Source: Paragordius varius
Lineage: Eukaryota; Animalia; Nematomorpha
Assembly: GCA_964247055.1 (NCBI GenBank)
Contig: OZ176053.1
Location: 1,612,001 to 1,676,000 of the forward strand
Length of the DNA stretch: 64,000 bases
Reading direction: 5' to 3'
Part shown: positions 58,501 through 64,000 of the stretch, piece by piece
Layout of the letters: each line of letters starts with the position of its first letter
How positions within the stretch are numbered: position 1 is the first letter of the stretch
Notes under the pieces: model-generated
Databases searched by the model: none
Seen by the model: the letters and a program-made list of their open reading frames with translations, nothing else
What the model was told of the DNA's origin: nothing
Made by a program: the position numbers and the translations under genes

Positions 58501-59600
58501 CTATTTTAGTATTTTTTTAAAAAAATTTTATACGTATTAAAAATTCACTTGAAAGAAAAAGACTAAATTTTGACGTTTAAATCCGTACTATTTTTCTCTC
58601 TCTTATATTTAAATGACATATTTATATTCAAAAGATAGAGTTTAAAACGCTTTTTTAAATGATATAAATTCATAATATAATAACATTTTATTATAAAGTT
58701 ATATTTAATTTTCTCTCGATTTTCTCTTGTTTTTGAAAAATTGAAAAACCTATAATATTTCAAAATTCTGATTGGCGGGATCAAAAATTTTTTCACATTC
58801 GGTTTTAAAACACTAAAATTAGTCATAATTTAAAAGTTTGAGTGGTGGTGCTCAAAAATGTCCAAATTTGTCGACTAGTGTTATTACTTAAACTATTTGT
58901 AACAATATGAATGTAGGGCTTTCTTTTGTCTTGATGTTGAGGACTTAAAAGCTATGTGATGTTGATGCCAGGCGCATTAAATAATGTAATAATTGATCTT
59001 ATATTTAAATTTTTTATACTATTTACCAAAATAAACGAGTATGTTTACGTGCCTACATAACAAACTGCTAGGTAATCAAGTTTAAACCGTGGACATGACC
59101 ATTCAAAATGGGTAATTTGTTTATGTATTATATAAATTAATAACTTTTAAACACTATTTTTTGAAATAAAATTAAAAAAATAAAACGCCACTTTTTATAA
59201 TTACTAAAGCAAACATGTTGCTGCCAAAAAAATAAAATGGTATATAGAGCTATTATTGGTCATATCGGTCTTTTATTTGGTTAAAGTGGTTATAAATCTA
59301 CATGTGCAATTTTTTTATTAGTAACTTATTAATTGTCAAAGTACAAAAAATTTAGTAACGCCTGATTTCGTTTGCATTAGAAAAAATGTTAACTTTTTAT
59401 AGAAAGGTTAGACAAATTTCAAATTCTAATTCCTAATAATGTGTTCTTCTAATATCTCTGTAAACTTCAGGATAAATTAATTTGAAATCTCAATACTAGC
59501 ACAGTATTTTACACTTACTGTTAACTTTTGAACGCTTAAATTCTTGTTATATTAAAAACTATGAGTACAAAAATTAGTAAAATTTAGTTTTTGCATTTAT

Positions 59601-61781
59601 TTAGCAGCCATATATATATAAATCAAATTCCAACACCATCCCATTTGTATTGTAAAAAATATAACTGGAAAAACTTTTTTATAAGAAAAAAAATTATTTT
59701 TCTTCATCTAAACCGAAATCTCCACTATTTCCTGAAGAGGAAGATTCTGGATTTGGTGATCTGATTTCGCTAGCATTCGAATTCAATTCATGATTTTCAT
59801 AGCCCCATATTATCGAATTACATATGGCAGCATTCATATTTTGTAAATTTATCGTTTCACCATTGTATGCACAAGTACCAATCAGAGTTAGGCCAGTTTT
59901 AAGGCTTATATCACATAAAACATGGGAACAACTTAAAGGGTTTCCTAAAAAACAACAAAAAATACAGTAAACATGAGATTATACAGACAAAACGCAAAAA
60001 GGAAGGCAGATGTTTTTTTCAAAAAAAGAAAATTATATATTTCAAATATTAATTTTTTTATATTGCGCCACATCATTTTGGGTGCCAAATAAGGGATAGA
60101 CCAAATTATTCAAAATTCAAAATTGTAATTAAATAGTTTATGCAGTTAAACAAGGTTTAAAAAGTATTGTTGTCTATTTTAAAGAAAATATCTTCTTAAA
60201 ATTTTTACGTTTTGTTCGTATAATTTCAATTTTTACTGTATATTTTTAAAAAATATTTTTTGTTTGAAAATATGATATGTGTAATTTGGAATTGCATATA
60301 AAAAACAGACCTGTCAAATCTATTTCCACACTGGGAACAGCGGTATGCGCAATAACTGTTGTAATATTATTATTACTTAAATCTATGGTTTGGATATTTT
60401 TCAGTTTTGTAAAATCATTCAAATCTAAATAATTTATCGCATTTCCGGCGAGCCGAATTATTTGCAATGATGTACTTAGGCCTAAAGAAGATATATTACG
60501 AATCCGGTTGTAATCCAAATTAATTTCTTTTATCTGGTTTAAATTGGAAACATCTAAAGTTACGAATTTATTTCTGGATAATTCTAAGACCTCCAAATTT
60601 TTAAGTGTAGGCAAAGTGGTTAAATTTATTTCTCGAATATGATTATTATTTAAATACAATGATTTTAATTTGGATAGTTTCTCAGTATTTTTAACTGGAG
60701 GTGTATTAATGTACGTAATACGATTGGAATCCAAATTTACGGTTTCTAAATTTTTGCAATCGCTTATTTCGTCTATAAAATTATCGTTTTTGTCGCTTCC
60801 AATCATATTTCTTTCAAGGCTCAAATGTTTTAAATTTTTACTCTTTAAATTACAAATATTCTTCGGAAAGGAAAGAAGCATGTTATCGTCAAACGACAGG
60901 GATTCAATCTTAGGCGGGAGAAAGTTCAAATTTTTGATTTTTTGAAGATTAGTTCCAATACACAAGTCAGTTAGTTGGCTAAAGGCTTGAGGGAATACAT
61001 AGGACTCGTCGATATCCACAATTTTCGGAGATAGAAAATGCAAACTCTCCAGGTTTGTGCATTCTATTTTTTTTAACTCCCTCAGCTCAAGCAAACTCAA
61101 TAGTATGAGTTGTTTAAGAGCTTTATTTTTTAATACACCACGAGTTTGGCTAAGGAATGGCATCTTAAAGTTCAAAAAACTTAACTGATTTAATGCATTA
61201 AACTTGCTCCAATCCAATCGGCGTATGCGATCCAAATCTAACCAAAGTGATTTTATGGGTAAATTTTTGATTTGATTAACAATCGCATAGACCATCGTTT
61301 CATTAACTTTAGCATTCAAATCGTAATCTGTAATTTCCAAGTGGTTTAAATAGCTTAATCTGCCAAACAAATTAGTGTTTTTGGCTAAATCAATCCATCT
61401 AACTTGAATTAGGGAGAGAGCGCTTATTCTGACCATATCATTCACCTGGATATTCTCAAAAGATAGCTTTGTAAATTTAGACTCAATGATAATTAGAGAA
61501 ATATTGAGGATAGACTGAATATCCTCTCCGCCAGTAAAATTGGCAAAAATACTTTCTAGGTTTGAATAATCTATATCGTCCAAACTTTTACATTTAACTG
61601 AGGTTTTGATAGCCAAAGGATTAGCTATGGGTTCTTTGAATGGTTCACACATGCATTTGGGAATAAAATTATGTAAGGTAAAACATAATTTCTCTATCCC
61701 GCCATCTTTAGCTGGAGTTGTAGCCGCCAAGCATAAGGAGCACAAAACTCCAATAATATTACAGATATATCTTGAAGTCAT
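59601..61781 (-). CDS. Secreted or membrane-anchored leucine-rich repeat protein
   Basis: Exon 61781-60311 encodes a signal-peptide-like N-terminus, a Cys cap and ~12 LxxLxLxxNxI repeats. Exon 2 from 59944 encodes GNPLSCSHVLC…GTC (LRR C-cap). The end is either an in-frame TAA at ~59679, or, after a 40-nt intron (59713-59674), a hydrophobic tail ending at 59601. Confidence 0.88.
59965..60238. mobile_element. MITE family C copy inside LRR intron 1
   Basis: TA-CAGTAAA…CAGACAAAACG left arm and TTTTACGTTTTGTTCGTATAATTTCAATTTTTACTG-TA right arm. Confidence 0.85.
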
Positions 61782-63404
61782 TATTAATTTAAAAAAAAAT
61801 AATTATAACTCTCCGAAAAAGAAAATTAATTTTATATAATTTTTTATACCTTTATTTAAATGTTAAATCTGCTAATAAAATTGTTTGTTATTATACTCAG
61901 CATATTTTTTTATTGCTATTTTTTGCGCAATTTGATTGAATTCTACGAATTTTAACTCTAAAATCGTAAGAAATACATTCATTACCTTTCGTAAAAACTC
62001 GTTGATATGAACCTTATATTATCTTCAAATTACATTGTTATCTTAATTTAGGGGATATTTTTATACAAATATAATATAATTTACGTATATTTGCTGTTGT
62101 AATACAGTATGCATTTTAATGTTTGCTTATTTCATACTATAATAGGGCAATTTGCAACATACTAGTGTAAAAAACAGCAAAATATTGAATAAACAATTAT
62201 TTCCTTTCTTTCCAATATGATCATTTTTAAATATTTTTAGATTCTAAACAGAAAACTAAAAAAATTCGAAAATGTATTTATTTTAGAGACTTCTTTGGCA
62301 AGTCTAGGAAAATTGTTTTACTAAGATTTTATCAATCTAAATTAGCATTAGATAAAAAATGCTATCTTTTAAATATAATACCATGTTAATTTTTTCTGTA
62401 ATAATGAGCCTTTCTTTCTCTAAATTTAAGCTGACCAGATTTTTTGAAGGAAAAAGCGGGACGAATCCGAGAAAGGGGGGGGGGTGATGGCTCTTGGGTC
62501 TCGAACCAGGAAGATATAAGAAAATTGAGTATTTGGAACTAATATGATATAATGTATGGGGATAAATTTAGATATTATCCTTTAAATAAATATTTTTATT
62601 AATAAAAAAGAGATTTTTCAAATATATGATATTTGGCTATTATGGGGAGATAAAACCGAAAAATAAATTTGAACGAAACTCAACATTATTTTGTAGAGCC
62701 GCTTTAAGCCTGAAAAGCGATTTCGAATCGTTTTCACAACTGAAACCGAATTCTTAATGATTAGGCTTACTTTGGTTTTTTTGAAACATTAGCATACAAT
62801 AATGTTTTATGGCTTTAAATATTAATATTTTGCAGCAATTTATTTACACTCCAGGACATATGTAAAATAAAAAAAATTTAACCAAAATTTGTACAATGAA
62901 AAATAATGGAATTAGGACCATTTTTTCCCCGCGAAATAATAAAGCCAGAACAGATTGCAGCAGAAACACATTGTCACTAAATAGAACCGAGACCAAAAAC
63001 TAAAATATTAATATTCCTATATACTATTGGCATTATAAATTATCCCTGACCTTTAAAAGTCGTGTAAGACTGGGAATTTCGGATATTCACTTCGATTCAC
63101 CCTTAAACATTTAATTTAAGGTCGACAATTCGGAAAACAATAACTAATCGGTAAATTAGGGTTCAGGAGTAGTGTTGATCAAAGAATTTAATTTTTTTAT
63201 GCTATTTAAAAGGTTTATTAATTTTATAGGCGTTTTATTAAAGATATGTTGGTCCTATTATAAACTTTTAGCAGCGTGTTTTATGATAGATGTGACATTT
63301 TTTTATCATTTTTGCCATAACTTTTTTTGATTTGTAAAATAACTAAATAAATTTAACTTTCTGAAAATATTGAGAGGTAGGTTGATAGATGTCCGCGGAC
63401 AAAC

Positions 63405-63770
63405 TTAAATATTTTTGTCGGATATTTGAGACACAGTTGTTAAAAAGTGTATTTTGTAATGAGTGAAAATTTCCTTTGTCAAACAATGCGGATTGGTACA
63501 ATTTAAGTAATTTTGTATGGTACGACTTCGGGGTAAGATAAAGTATTTGTAATTTAGGGCAAAATTAAGCCATCTTATGTCAGATAAATAATTGATGTCA
63601 CATTGAATTAGGACTTGCATGAATCCTATAATAAGTGTTTGTAAATGGGCTTTTAAGTAGGCTGCATCGATGTTCCCATCTATTTTATTGTGGTAAAAAT
63701 TGGTTGGTTCATGAATGTATATACTATCTATGTAAGTCAATTCAGCCAGTAGGGTTGTACCTCCTCGCAT
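63405..63770 (-). CDS. Unknown ORF/exon (121 aa)
   Basis: A long open frame for this AT content, with plausible residue composition. No motif recognised. It may be part of a spliced gene. Confidence 0.4.
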   Translation of the reverse strand: MRGGTTLLAELTYIDSIYIHEPTNFYHNKIDGNIDAAYLKAHLQTLIIGFMQVLIQCDINYLSDIRWLNFALNYKYFILPRSRTIQNYLNCTNPHCLTKEIFTHYKIHFLTTVSQISDKNI

Positions 63771-64000
63771 ACATATATTATGATGGCGTTTTTACTTAAT
63801 GTTTCTAGTAAAAATAATTAAAGGGCTTTGATTACTGAAAAACATTACTAAATTAGAATTTAAACAAACTTATTTGCGCCTATATAACTTAATAATAAAA
63901 TTGAATTGTTTAAAATATAATATGAAATTTTCTGAAAAATACTTTTCTAATCAGACTTTCTAGGGCGTCGCAAAATGACAAAAGCAAGAATTTCGGCAAA

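Noticed and set aside
62455-62515. B-box-like GGTTCGAGACCC on the minus strand as a tRNA or SINE
   Set aside because: The T-arm stem does not pair, and I found no A-box, anticodon arm or cloverleaf.

Overview
This is very AT-rich eukaryotic nuclear DNA, most likely animal. I assembled six spliced genes by hand, using only GT-AG introns and the standard genetic code. They are: an orphan coiled-coil gene (+, 2052-6493); RPL14 (+, 9841-10419); an approximately 850-aa protein with a His-rich disordered region and a C-terminal alpha-crystallin/HSP20 domain (+, ~28802-32767); an RNF212/Zip3-like meiotic RING gene (+, 34788-38094); a complete 25-exon UBA1 (-, 55996-38477, ~1130 aa); and a signal-peptide LRR protein (-, 61781-~59601). 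The intervening DNA is dense in DNA transposons: a decayed hAT element with a perfect 8-bp TSD, a decayed DD34E Tc1/IS630-like element with long TIRs containing 21-bp arrays, and at least seven palindromic MITE families, several nested. Three features stand out. (1) Intron sizes are split: 23-30 nt introns in RPL14 and RNF212, while all 24 UBA1 introns are at least 215 nt and mostly MITE-filled, with MITE ends often only ~15-50 nt from splice sites. (2) A MITE family that shares the TA-TACCATTT terminus and the 21-bp modular TIR with the Tc1 element was found only in introns. (3) Several coding-like regions are broken by stops and single-base shifts. I cannot identify the organism from sequence alone; tiny introns plus this TE load would fit a reduced parasitic metazoan (inference). 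I found no supportable rRNA, tRNA or CRISPR feature.
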